DNA of 64,000 bases from an uncultured Armatimonadetes bacterium (GTDB taxonomy: Bacteria; Armatimonadota; Hebobacteria; Hebobacterales; Hebobacteraceae), in assembly GCA_963716175.1 (NCBI GenBank), contig OY970296.1:1312001-1376000 (forward strand). Reading direction: 5' to 3'. Below the pieces are notes generated by a model. It saw only the letters and a program-made list of their open reading frames with translations, was not told the origin of the DNA and did not search any database. Both the position numbers and the translations under genes were made by a program. Below, piece after piece: positions 20,477 through 30,029 of this stretch (position 1 is its first letter; each line of letters opens with the position of its first letter).

Positions 20477-21120
20477 GGGCCGCCGATGTGTGACCACGAA
20501 GATCAGAGAAGAGAACAAGCTGCTCCGGGAGAGCTGGTTGATCTCACCATAGCTCCAGGAGACCAGGTCCCCATTCCCCTCCTCCGCCCCGGTGGGGTTG
20601 TTCGCCGGGTCGTAGCTGTAGGTGAAGATGGAGATCACCGTCCCGTCCGACTTGAGATTGCGCACCGCCTGGATTCTGCCGGCATCGTCGTATTGGGTCT
20701 CGGCGCGGCTGCTGTTGCCATAGGTCATGGTGGTGGGCCGGCCCAGGTCGTCGTACTGCTAATGAATGTCGCCCAAAGAAGTAACGGGCGACATTCATCA
20801 GAAAGCCAGGGAATGCCTGAAGAAAGACGCTCGCGCAATGTTACTTCATTGCGCGAACGTCGGTAGGTACTCACCCCGCCGGTGCCGCGGTTCACCACCG
20901 CGGTTATCCAGTCGCGGGCATTGTAGCTGTAGTCAATGTAGCTGCCCGGCCGCGTCATCCGCGTCCGCCGCCCGCCGTCGTGATAGGTGAAGCTCACCGT
21001 CACGCTGTTGGGATTCGTCGCCGAGGAGAGCTGGTTCCGCCCGTTGTAATCATAGCTGAACACGTCCTCTCCCGTGACCTGCATGCTCGACACCAAGCCG
21101 ACTCCGTTATACTGATAGGT
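20477..21120 (-). repeat. RHS/YD-repeat fragment, copy B, interrupted by a 104-bp insertion
   Basis: Same sequence as copy A plus 104 bp at 20758-20861 (644 vs 540 bp). Confidence 0.9.
20758..20861. mobile_element. Double-hairpin miniature element, family 1, copy 1
   Basis: Absent from RHS copy A; two hairpins with loop regions containing GAAGTAAC and GTTACTTC. Confidence 0.8.
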
Positions 21121-21311
21121 TGGAGTGAACCCCTCTGACTGGACAGTTCAAGGGGTCGCCACTATGCGAGTCGACGCGGAGGGCCGCTAGCTCTCGTTGT
21201 GGTGCCAGGGACTTGAGGACGGCGCGGATCCCCACGCCGGCGCCTGGAGCCACTGGCGCCAGCACCAACGTCAGAAGAACCAACCTCCGGCGGCTCAGCA
21301 TAGCATCTCTC

Positions 21312-22337
21312 CTATGGGCATCGGAGCCACGACGCGTCCTCCCCGCGGACGAGTGTCAGGGCCTCACCGGACTCTGTGTTTATGGCCCTCACGAGTGACA
21401 GCCCTTCCACCGCGTAAGGGCCACCAAAGACCCCACGGGAGGGGTGCCTTCGCTGGAAGTGGCGCTCCGTGAATAACACCCACCTCTCGTCAGGGCTCCA
21501 GTGGATGTCCTCGATCTGTGTCACCTCTTTCGTGAAGACCGGCAAGGCCTGCACCGTCTGCCGCTTCAGGCCACTCGCTGTAACCACCGCGAGCGACCGC
21601 CCCATATCGGCGACCGCCAGCATCTGGCCCGATGGGGCAAGGGAGACATAAGACGCAATGGCCAGCTGCCCGCGCGGTACGCTGAGACTTGCCCCGTCAA
21701 GGGTCAGTTCGAGTGGCGGCAATGAGCGGGGATCCTGCAACCAGGAGCGGATGTCCTGCGGCACAAGCGTCCGCGGAAGATGCTGCAGTACCTGGCTAAT
21801 GCCACTCGCGCGCTCTTGCCGGCGTTGTTCGACTGTATGCCTACCGCTGAGCGCAACCGCACCAGAGTTCATGTTCCACACTAGTTCGCGGTATCCTTTG
21901 TGCCCTTTCCACTCATCCGTGACCCCAAGGAGCACCTGCGCGTTGTCCAGCCACATCGGATAGTCGAAGAGGAATGAGAACTCGGCTTTTAGGCGCAAGG
22001 ACATGGCGGCCTCATCCGCGTCATCCAGATCCACCAGCGTGAAGGTGTACCGCCCTTGCCCGCTGCTCCACAAGAATTCCTCCTGCACCACGAGCGCGCG
22101 ACGACCATCGGGGGAAATCGAGTAGAAGGGACGCGACAGCAGGCGCGCCTCCGGGTTACGCCATCGCCAGAGGACACGCTCATACTCGCTTGCGTACCGG
22201 CACAGCCGCAACTCGCCCCCTGGCCGCTCCATCGTCTGGTAAAGCAGACTCATGGTCGGGACGCTCTCGTTCTGCCGGCCCTGTCCGCTCGCAGCGTGCG
22301 CGGTCAGGAGCGCGAACATGGCCAAACTAGCCAGCAT
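21312..22337 (-). CDS. Secreted beta-propeller-like protein, candidate immunity protein
   Basis: Signal-peptide-like start (start inferred); SPDGRR, APSGQM and WSPDERW blade motifs. Confidence 0.6.
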   Translation of the reverse strand: MLASLAMFALLTAHAASGQGRQNESVPTMSLLYQTMERPGGELRLCRYASEYERVLWRWRNPEARLLSRPFYSISPDGRRALVVQEEFLWSSGQGRYTFTLVDLDDADEAAMSLRLKAEFSFLFDYPMWLDNAQVLLGVTDEWKGHKGYRELVWNMNSGAVALSGRHTVEQRRQERASGISQVLQHLPRTLVPQDIRSWLQDPRSLPPLELTLDGASLSVPRGQLAIASYVSLAPSGQMLAVADMGRSLAVVTASGLKRQTVQALPVFTKEVTQIEDIHWSPDERWVLFTERHFQRRHPSRGVFGGPYAVEGLSLVRAINTESGEALTLVRGEDASWLRCP

Positions 22338-22356
22338 CAGGGGCCACCAACCAGCA

Positions 22357-22775
22357 TCACCTCGACGAGGCCCTCGGGTTGCCCGCGTCTCCGGCATTGT
22401 TGAGCAGGTTCTGCAAGCACTGCTTTTCAGCGCCATACGCCGCTTCCTCGCTTGGGTACTCGTCGGCTTGCTCTCCGAAACCGTTATGGGCCTCACATTG
22501 CTGCCGATGGGTTGGTTCATGTGCGTTAACCAAGCACTCCTTCACACAGGCTTGCTCGGGTTTCAGCTGACGCCACGCGTCGCAGTAGAACGTCCCAGTC
22601 TTCACCTTCCACACGCCTGACTGGCTGCACTTCTGCTTCTCATACGCGCAGCAACATGCCGTGCACACGTACCAGCGACTGACTGATCCACCCGGGTCGA
22701 ACCAGTGCGCGAGTATCTGGTCGATCTCTCGGATGCGGGCATGGATGGCTTGCTGCTGGTGAGAGGAACGGTCAT
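22357..22775 (-). pseudogene. Orphan cysteine-rich toxin C-terminal fragment with HExxH motif
   Basis: ...CLVNAHEPTHRQQC...EEAAYGAEKQCL; no convincing start of its own; RHS context. Confidence 0.45.
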
Positions 22776-23173
22776 CAGTGCACGTGGTAGGTTCGCACAC
22801 GTCCTTGTCTGTCAAACACGACAAAGAGGATCTCCACAGCCAGATCATGCAGTTCGTAAACCCAGACTTCATCCTCTTTTGAAGCGTTGAGCCTGACACC
22901 GTACTTGGCCTCGACGGCACCGGGCGACATCACGGACTCCGGCATCCCCAGCCTTGCGTGGATCTCACCCTGGGTGAATCCGGGCACGACCAAACGCTTA
23001 ACGTGCGACCTCGCGAGCCGGGGCGAGATACGCCAGAGACAGAAAGAGTTCAGCCCCACCCACAAGATCGCCACGCTAATCACCAGTGAGGTCGCGACTA
23101 TCACTCGCCGCACCCACTTCGCTCGCCGTAACCCGTCGCCCCACCAACTCGATCCAGCGCTCTGTCGTGACAT
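22775..23173 (-). CDS. Small membrane-anchored BamE/SmpA-like protein, candidate immunity protein
   Basis: N-terminal TM helix, PGFTQGEIHARLGMP, WVY, VVFDRQGRV pattern. Confidence 0.55.
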   Translation of the reverse strand: MSRQSAGSSWWGDGLRRAKWVRRVIVATSLVISVAILWVGLNSFCLWRISPRLARSHVKRLVVPGFTQGEIHARLGMPESVMSPGAVEAKYGVRLNASKEDEVWVYELHDLAVEILFVVFDRQGRVRTYHVH

Positions 23174-23623
23174 ACCTGCTACCCCCTAGCTGGACTGCAC
23201 CCCTGGGCCTGGACAGAGCGGGGCAAGATGCGCCACCCTCTGATGAGGCGGGTTCGTGCTTCGCAGCGAAGCGCTCCTTCGCAGAGTAGCGTAGGAAACC
23301 ACCTCGCTCTCGCCGCCGCCGGTGAGCTGCATGGTGGAGTGGCTAGACCTGCTGCGCAGGCCGCCATGGCGGTCTCTGACGGCGACATAGCCACCCAGGG
23401 CCTCCCCTCGACTCCGCTCGGGCCGGCCGTCACGGGAACCGGGGCCCGGCCGACGCGAATACTACGCTCACGCACAGGGAAATACAAGCACGGCTGCCGG
23501 CGCGCTGTAGCCGCCATAGCGCCTTAGGCGTAGCTATATGCCCGGCTCACGCCATGCAGCCCGGAGGACCCTCCTGAGGCGGGCAAGCCGGGCTCGCACA
23601 AAAGGGCGGGATGAATCCCGCCC

Positions 23624-26131
23624 CTACAGCTCGGCTTGCAGGCGCTGGATCTCCTGAGCGTATTGGTGCACCAGGGCGTCGGCGGTGGCCTGGTCGCGGC
23701 TCTCGGCGCGGACGTGGAAGACCGGGCCGGAGACATCGGGGAGCACCAGGGCCCAGCCCGCCGGGACGTGGATCTTGAGGCCGTCGAGCTGCTCCACGGA
23801 GAGGTCGCGGGTCTCCTCGTGCAGGCGTCTCATCACCAGGCCCTTCTGCTCCCAGGGGCAATCCACTTGCAGGTAGGCGCGGTAGTACCTGGGCACCCGC
23901 GCGCACACCTCGCCCAGCGTCTGACCGGTGACGGCGAGCAGCTCCAGCAGCTTGCCCAGGGCGAGCATGGCGTCGAACGCGGGCAGGAAGCGGGGGAAGA
24001 TGAACCCGCCGTCAACGTCGCCGGCGAAGGTGAGCTCGGGATCGGTGCCGGCCGCCTCCATCAAGGAGCCGGCGTCGGCGCGGGTGCGGATGGCCTGGGC
24101 GTGATAGCGCTGGCAGACTTCCTCCACGCCGGAGGTGGCGCTGAACGGCACCGCGACCCGGGCGCCGGAGTCACCGCGCTGGAGCACCAGGTCCATGAAG
24201 CAGAGCAGCAGGTCATCGCTCATCACCCTGGCGCCGTGCTCGTCAACGGCGGCGAAGCGATCGCCGTGGCCGCCCACGAGGAGGCCGAGGTCGCCGTGCA
24301 GCGCGCGCACCACCTCGCCCAGCTCGCCGACGCGCTGCTCCCGCCTCACCCAGGCCTCGTGGGAGCGAGTGGGATCAACGAAGGCGTTGACCGCAGTGGA
24401 CTCGCAGCCCAGGCGGCCCAGCACCAGGGGCATGAGCAGACAGAGGGGCCCGAAGGCGTAGTCCACCACCAGCTTGGGGGCGCGGCGGCGGATGGCGTCG
24501 GCGTCGAGGAAGTTGAGGAAGTCCTCGGTGTAGTACTCCACGGTGCGGCCCAGGAACTCGAGTCCTCCCACCGCCTCGCGCGGGGCGCGGCGGAAGTCCT
24601 GGCGAAAGAACATGTTCTCGATCTTGCGGGCGGCGGCGCGGGTGAGGTTCTTGCCACTGCCGTCGAAAAACTCAATCAGGGTCTGGGTAGGGTCCGAGGG
24701 CGACACTGAGACATGCACTCCGCCAGCCGCGCCCGAGATGTCCGCCATGTGGCGGGCGACGGCGCCGGGCATGGTGCGCAGGTCGAGCACATTGGCGCCT
24801 ACCGACATCAACCCCGAGATCATGGCCCGCTTGACCATGCGGGAGGTGAGGTGGGAATCGCGGCTGGTGATCACCTGCGCGCCGGCCGGCAGGTAGGCCC
24901 CATAGGCGGCGGCCAGCCCGGCCGCGAACTCGGGGGTGATCTCCACATTGGCGAGGCCGCTGACGCCGCTGGCGCCAAACAGCGTGCCCGGCCACTTGGT
25001 CCCCCAGATCAGGCTCATGGTGACCTTGGAGCCGCGGTCGGTGACTTTGTCGGGCCAGATGCGGATATGGGGCATGACCACCGTGCCCTCCTCCAGCAGG
25101 CATCGGTCGCCCACCACCGCACCTTCATTGATGGTGACGTGGCGCTTGGCGACCACGTTGCGGCAGACGGTGGCGGCGTTGAGCCGGCTGCCCGCGCCCA
25201 GGTAGGTCCCGCTCCAGACCACAGAACGGGTCACCACGGCGCCGGCCTCGACTACGCAGTTATCGCCTATGATGGAGTAGGGGCCGATCTGCGCCTCAGC
25301 ACCAATGCTGCAGCCATGGCCGATGAGCACCGGCGGCAGCAGGCGGGCGGCGTGATCAACCGCAGTGGCCCTGCCCACCCAGACCCCGTCGGCCAACCTT
25401 TCGCCGGGGAGATCCACCGCCACCGCGGCTCGCAGGCAGTCGTGATTGGCGGCGCGGTACTGCTCGAGGTTGCCGACATCGGTCCAGTAGCCCTCGGCGA
25501 CATAGCCGCAGAGGAGCTGGCCTTCATCCAAGAGGGCCGGAAAGAGATTCTGGCTGAAATCGAAGGGCCGCTCGGGGTTCACCCGGTGAAGCACTTCCGG
25601 CTCCAGGATATAGATGCCAGTATTGACCGTATCGGAGAACACCTCCCCAGCGCTGGGCTTCTCCAGGAAGTGGCGCACTCTGCCATCGGGATCGGTGATC
25701 ACCACTCCGTACTCCAAAGGGTTGGGCACCCGTGTGAGCACGAGGGTGGCGGCGGCCCCCCGCTGTTGGTGGAACTCGATGGCCGGGCGGAGGTCGAAGT
25801 CGGTGAGGGCGTCGCCGCTGATGACGAGGAAGGTGCCGCCCAGTTTGTCCATCAGCCGACGCACGCTGCCAGCAGTGCCCAGAGGGATATCCTCGACCGC
25901 GTAGGAGAGCTGCATGCCCCACTCCGCGCCGTCCTCGAAGTAGCTCTCCACCTCATCGGCGAGATAGTGGAGGGTGGCGAAGGCCTGGGTGACCCCGAGC
26001 CGCGCTAGCAGTGACATGATGTGGGCCATGATGGGCCGGTTGGCCACCGGGGCCATGGGCTTGGGGAGATCACAGGTGAGGGGCCTGAGTCTAGCCCCTT
26101 CACCTCCTGCCATCACTACCGCTGGGATCAT
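23624..26131 (-). CDS. Sugar-phosphate nucleotidyltransferase / phosphomannomutase-like fusion
   Basis: MAGGEGARLRPLT..PKP, hexapeptide repeats, C-terminal PGM/PMM domains. Confidence 0.92.
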   Translation of the reverse strand: MIPAVVMAGGEGARLRPLTCDLPKPMAPVANRPIMAHIMSLLARLGVTQAFATLHYLADEVESYFEDGAEWGMQLSYAVEDIPLGTAGSVRRLMDKLGGTFLVISGDALTDFDLRPAIEFHQQRGAAATLVLTRVPNPLEYGVVITDPDGRVRHFLEKPSAGEVFSDTVNTGIYILEPEVLHRVNPERPFDFSQNLFPALLDEGQLLCGYVAEGYWTDVGNLEQYRAANHDCLRAAVAVDLPGERLADGVWVGRATAVDHAARLLPPVLIGHGCSIGAEAQIGPYSIIGDNCVVEAGAVVTRSVVWSGTYLGAGSRLNAATVCRNVVAKRHVTINEGAVVGDRCLLEEGTVVMPHIRIWPDKVTDRGSKVTMSLIWGTKWPGTLFGASGVSGLANVEITPEFAAGLAAAYGAYLPAGAQVITSRDSHLTSRMVKRAMISGLMSVGANVLDLRTMPGAVARHMADISGAAGGVHVSVSPSDPTQTLIEFFDGSGKNLTRAAARKIENMFFRQDFRRAPREAVGGLEFLGRTVEYYTEDFLNFLDADAIRRRAPKLVVDYAFGPLCLLMPLVLGRLGCESTAVNAFVDPTRSHEAWVRREQRVGELGEVVRALHGDLGLLVGGHGDRFAAVDEHGARVMSDDLLLCFMDLVLQRGDSGARVAVPFSATSGVEEVCQRYHAQAIRTRADAGSLMEAAGTDPELTFAGDVDGGFIFPRFLPAFDAMLALGKLLELLAVTGQTLGEVCARVPRYYRAYLQVDCPWEQKGLVMRRLHEETRDLSVEQLDGLKIHVPAGWALVLPDVSGPVFHVRAESRDQATADALVHQYAQEIQRLQAEL

Positions 26132-26148
26132 GGCTTCAGCCCCCTTTT

Positions 26149-27435
26149 TCAGCTTCGATCTGGAGTTTCGTCAGACATGAGATAGCGAGGCCGGATACCG
26201 GGTCCGGCGGCTGGGGCGGCGAGGCGGGCGGCGGCCCGCTCGGATTGGCTCACGACTTCCTGGTAGATGGCGAGAGTTTGCCTGGCGATGCCGTCCCATT
26301 GGAAGCGCTGCTCTACTTCGCGGCGGGCGGCGCGGCGGAGACGATTGGCCAGGGCCGGATCGGAGAGCACGAGATTGATGCCCCAGGCCAAGGAGTGAGG
26401 GTTGTTCGCCCAGGTCTGAAGGCCGGTCTGGCGGTGGCGAACGACCTCGCGGAAGCCGCCGATGTCGGAGGTGACCAGGGGCACGCCGGCCGCCATCGCC
26501 TCCAGGGCGACGATGCCGAAGGGTTCGTACAGGCTGGGCAGGGCGACAACATCAGCGACGGCATAGAGGCGAGGGAGATCCTCCTCTGGCAGGAAACCAG
26601 TGAAGGCAACCTTGTGGCCCAGACCCAGGCCAGCGGCGCGCTCCCGGAGATGGCCCTGCCAGCCCCCGCCTGCCACCACGAGCTTGGCCTCGGGATGGGC
26701 CGCGATCACCTCCGGCATGGCCTCTATCAGCACCTCCACGCCCTTCTCCCGCACCAACCGCCCCACGAAGAGCACGATCTTCTCTCTCGACCCGGCCCAG
26801 CGGGCGCGGAACCCGGCCAGCTCCCTCGGGCGGTCGGCGCACTGGAGGCGGGCGGGATCCACACCGTTGGGCACCACGCAAACCTTGTCCGCCGGCACCC
26901 TCAGGCCCGAGGTTAGCTCCCCGGAGGTGGCCTGAGAGCAGCAAATGACCCGCCAGGCATCGTAAGTCAGGAGCCATTCCAGGGAGTGGATGTAGCTCTG
27001 GAGCGGGGTATGGATGCCCTGATTGCGCCCGGCCTCGGTGGCGTGGATGGTGGCCACCAGGGGAAGGCGCTGGCTGTGTTTGAGGGTGCGGGCGGCGAAG
27101 GTCACCAGCCAATCGTGGGCGTGAACCAGGTCGTAGCTGACCTCCCCCTCCCCCAGGATGCGCTCCAGCAGGAGGAAGTTGAGCTGATGGATATCGGAGA
27201 TGAAGTCCAGGGGGTTCACAGGGTTGGGCCGGGCGCGGAGCACCCGGACCTCCCCTTCCCCTGAGGGGATGATCTCCAGCTCGGGGGCGCCGGCGTGGTG
27301 TGCGGTGACCACGTCCACCGTGACCCCCGTGGCGGCCAGCGCGCAAGAAAGCTCGCCCACATGGCGGGCAATGCCCCCAATGATGCGCGGGGGAAACTCC
27401 CAAGAGAGCATCAGGACGCGCGTGGGCGGCTCCAC
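26149..27435 (-). CDS. GT4 glycosyltransferase
   Basis: WEFPP, HAHDW, EPFGIVALE motifs. Confidence 0.92.
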   Translation of the reverse strand: MEPPTRVLMLSWEFPPRIIGGIARHVGELSCALAATGVTVDVVTAHHAGAPELEIIPSGEGEVRVLRARPNPVNPLDFISDIHQLNFLLLERILGEGEVSYDLVHAHDWLVTFAARTLKHSQRLPLVATIHATEAGRNQGIHTPLQSYIHSLEWLLTYDAWRVICCSQATSGELTSGLRVPADKVCVVPNGVDPARLQCADRPRELAGFRARWAGSREKIVLFVGRLVREKGVEVLIEAMPEVIAAHPEAKLVVAGGGWQGHLRERAAGLGLGHKVAFTGFLPEEDLPRLYAVADVVALPSLYEPFGIVALEAMAAGVPLVTSDIGGFREVVRHRQTGLQTWANNPHSLAWGINLVLSDPALANRLRRAARREVEQRFQWDGIARQTLAIYQEVVSQSERAAARLAAPAAGPGIRPRYLMSDETPDRS

Positions 27436-27438
27436 CTC

Positions 27439-28042
27439 TCACTGTCTCCTTTGCCGCCCCGCCGCGTGAGTGCAGGAGGCGCACCAGCGCCGGCCCACTC
27501 GCTGCCACCGGCCGCAGCGGGCACAGCGGCGCCAGCCGGTGTCCTTGCGCCACTGCGAGATGCGGGCGAGGGAGAGGAAGGCGCGCTCTGCCCGGGCGCG
27601 GAGCTGGGGGTCCTCAATGTGGGCGGCCGCCTCCGCGATCTGGCGCTGTTGGCGGCCGGAGAGCCTGAGTTCCCGCGGGGCGAGGCTGAGCCGGCCGGGC
27701 TCGGCGAACCTGCCGGGCCCCGCCCGCGCGAAAGTGAATGTCTCGGATCAGGCCCGGTCCGATCCGCTGGGCCACCCGGCCCAGCAGCTCCTGGCGGCGC
27801 ATGTGCAGCTCCTGGGCCCAGGGCGAGGAGTCGGCGGAGATGATCAGGACGCCGTCTCTCACCGCCTCAGCCCGGGTGTGAGAGCTGACCACCTGGCCGG
27901 CGATCTCAGGCCAGGCGAGGACCACCTGATGTTCGCGGAAATGGGACCTGAGATTCAGATTGGCCAGCACGCCTTCCAACAGGCGGCTCAGAGGGGCTTC
28001 GCCCCTGGGCTTTGCCGTCGTCGGTTGAGACGAGCTATCCAT
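27439..28042 (-). CDS. dciA: DUF721/DciA family protein with C-terminal Zn ribbon (frameshift at ~27670)
   Basis: WPEIAG...WAQEL core; second frame ends CARCG...WCASC...RRQ with TGA at 27439-27441; downstream of dnaN. Confidence 0.75.
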
Positions 28043-28379
28043 TGCCTATCTCAGATGCGGCTGCCGCCTGCCGCGGCGAGCGCGGGATGTCGGCGACGTC
28101 AGCGCGGGTGACGATGACCTGCTCGCAGCGCCGACTCGAGATGGTTGAAGATGTTTTCCGCCACGCGGCAGCGCTCCTCCCGGAAGGGCCTGGTGTTTTG
28201 TTCACTCCGCGCTGCAACGGAGGGGCACTAGTCGAGCAAAAGGTCCGCATCGTGTGCCTGGCCTTGACAGTCAGGGTGGAGGGAAGGGCAGAAGGTTCCT
28301 CCTGCCCTTCCGCGTCTCGTGCGAAGCACAACACGATTTGCGAGACCTGCGTAATCCGCGGACGACTCTGTCAGCTGCG

Positions 28380-29498
28380 CTACAGCCGCATTGGCATCAC
28401 GACGTAGATATACTCGGGGTCGTCGGAGCGCTTGAGCAGGCCGGGGCTCTCGGGTCCGCTGAGCTGCCAGACTACGCTGTCCGAGTCCATAATGCCCAAG
28501 GCATCGGTTAGATACTCGGCATTGAACGCGATCTCAATCGCCTCTCCCTCGAGGGTCGCGGCCAGCTCTTCGTAGGCGCGGCCCACGTCCCCGCTCTCCG
28601 CGCTGATGGTCAGGGTCCCGTCGCCGGTGCGGAAGGTGAGCTTGCTCGCCTCGCTGCGCGCGACGATCGCGGCGCGCTTGATTGCGCCCAGGAGCTGCTC
28701 ACGGTTGACGGTGATCCTGCGATCGGGCTCCGACGCCAGCAGCCGGCTGTAGTTCGGGAATTGCCCCTCGATCAGCCGGGAGATCAGGATATAGGGCCCG
28801 ACCTGGAACATCATCTGCTGCTCGCCCCCGCGTATCTTCACCGGCGTCTCTTCCGCTCCTGGATCCAGCATGCGATTCAGCTCCTGGAGGGCGCGGGCTG
28901 GGACGATGGCCTGCCACTTGTCTTCCGACCCGAGCAGCTTGGCCTGGTCGGAGGCAGCAGTCTTCACCGCCAGGCGATAGCTGTCAGTAGCCACCATCTT
29001 GAGGCTTTCCCCATCCCTTTCCAGCAGCACGCCCGTGAGGATCGCCCTGGTCTCGTCCCGAGAGGCGGCGAAGATGCTGCTGCGGATCAGGTCACGCATG
29101 CCGGCCTGGCTCACCTCCACCGCGATGTCCCCTGTCACTTCGGGCAGCGCGGGGTACTCCTCGGCCGGAAGGCCATGGATAGTGTATTGCGACCGCTCAC
29201 AGCGCAGCTCCAGCAGCGCGCGATCCTGGCTCTGCATTTCAACGGTAGCGTCCGGGAGGCTGGCCACAACGTCTCCCAGGACCCGCGCGGGCACCGTGAG
29301 GGCCCCGGCTTCCTCGGTCTGAATGGGCACCGCGCTCTGGGCGCCGATCTCCATGTCGTAGGCCACTATCCGCAGGTCCCCGCCTTTGGCCTCAAGCAGG
29401 AGATTGCTGAGAATGGGCAGAGTGGTGCGCCCGGACACCACCCTGCTGACATGCTGCAGGGCTTCGTGGAGAACCCTTCGATTGCAGGTCAGTTTCAT
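28380..29498 (-). CDS. dnaN: DNA polymerase III beta clamp
   Basis: TLPILSN, ATDSYRLA, SRLIEGQFPNY, ends VMPMRL; ATG at 29498. Confidence 0.98.
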   Translation of the reverse strand: MKLTCNRRVLHEALQHVSRVVSGRTTLPILSNLLLEAKGGDLRIVAYDMEIGAQSAVPIQTEEAGALTVPARVLGDVVASLPDATVEMQSQDRALLELRCERSQYTIHGLPAEEYPALPEVTGDIAVEVSQAGMRDLIRSSIFAASRDETRAILTGVLLERDGESLKMVATDSYRLAVKTAASDQAKLLGSEDKWQAIVPARALQELNRMLDPGAEETPVKIRGGEQQMMFQVGPYILISRLIEGQFPNYSRLLASEPDRRITVNREQLLGAIKRAAIVARSEASKLTFRTGDGTLTISAESGDVGRAYEELAATLEGEAIEIAFNAEYLTDALGIMDSDSVVWQLSGPESPGLLKRSDDPEYIYVVMPMRL

Positions 29499-29682
29499 CG
29501 TCGCTCTCCCTGTGGCAGTGCCGCCACGGTCGCCTACCTGTTCGCTCCTCCCCGGCCAATTCCTTTCCCAACCCAGACCGGTCCAACCACCTCGTTCCCA
29601 GCCAGACCAGCCGACGTTGCTGGAGAAGGTCCGTCGTTCCCCAGAGGAGGTACAGGTCTTGTGGAGCCGAGAGTTGGGGATG

Positions 29683-29889
29683 GAGTAGTAGCTGTACTTA
29701 GAGAGATAATAATAATAATGATAAGGGCTGTGGATCAGGTGAAAACCACAGGGTAACCCGATGAAGTGGGCGGTTGTTATCCCCTGGCTGAAGAAGGAAG
29801 GCTGCGGATGGTTGTTGATAGAGTGAGCGGTGGCTAGCCGAGAGGTCCGGATTCCCGTGCCTGGCCCGGTGATGCACTTGTTGTCCACA
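29683..29889. other. oriC unwinding region: DnaA-trios, GC motif and DnaA boxes
   Basis: GATAATAATAATAATGATAA-GGGC-TGTGGATCA (29705-29737); further boxes including TTGTCCACA (29881) and TGTTGATAG; between dnaA and dnaN. Confidence 0.88.
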
Positions 29890-29897
29890 GGCAAAGG

Positions 29898-30029
29898 CTA
29901 GAGCGCATTTCATAACCTCCCTGCTGGCTGGCCGCACCACGCCCTCGCATGAAATGCGCCTGCCACGGCCTGACGTTGTGCAGTGCTGTTTCATAACCTC
30001 CCCTGGGAAGGTTATGAAACAGCTGCTAG
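29898..30029. mobile_element. MITE-like double-hairpin element, family 2, copy 1
   Basis: CTAG-AGCGCATTTCATAACCT...AGGTTATGAAACAGCTG-CTAG; near-identical copy at 46001-46132. Confidence 0.8.

Noticed and set aside
19141-21120. DGR template/variable repeat pair or CRISPR array
   Set aside because: The two copies differ at very few positions with no clear adenine-specific pattern; no reverse transcriptase or cas genes; no repeat-spacer periodicity seen in the window.
29499-29894. N-terminal extension of dnaN in the ORF track (504 aa)
   Set aside because: It translates oriC sequence (the YYYYY run is the DnaA-trios); the ATG at 29498 gives a normal 372-aa clamp.
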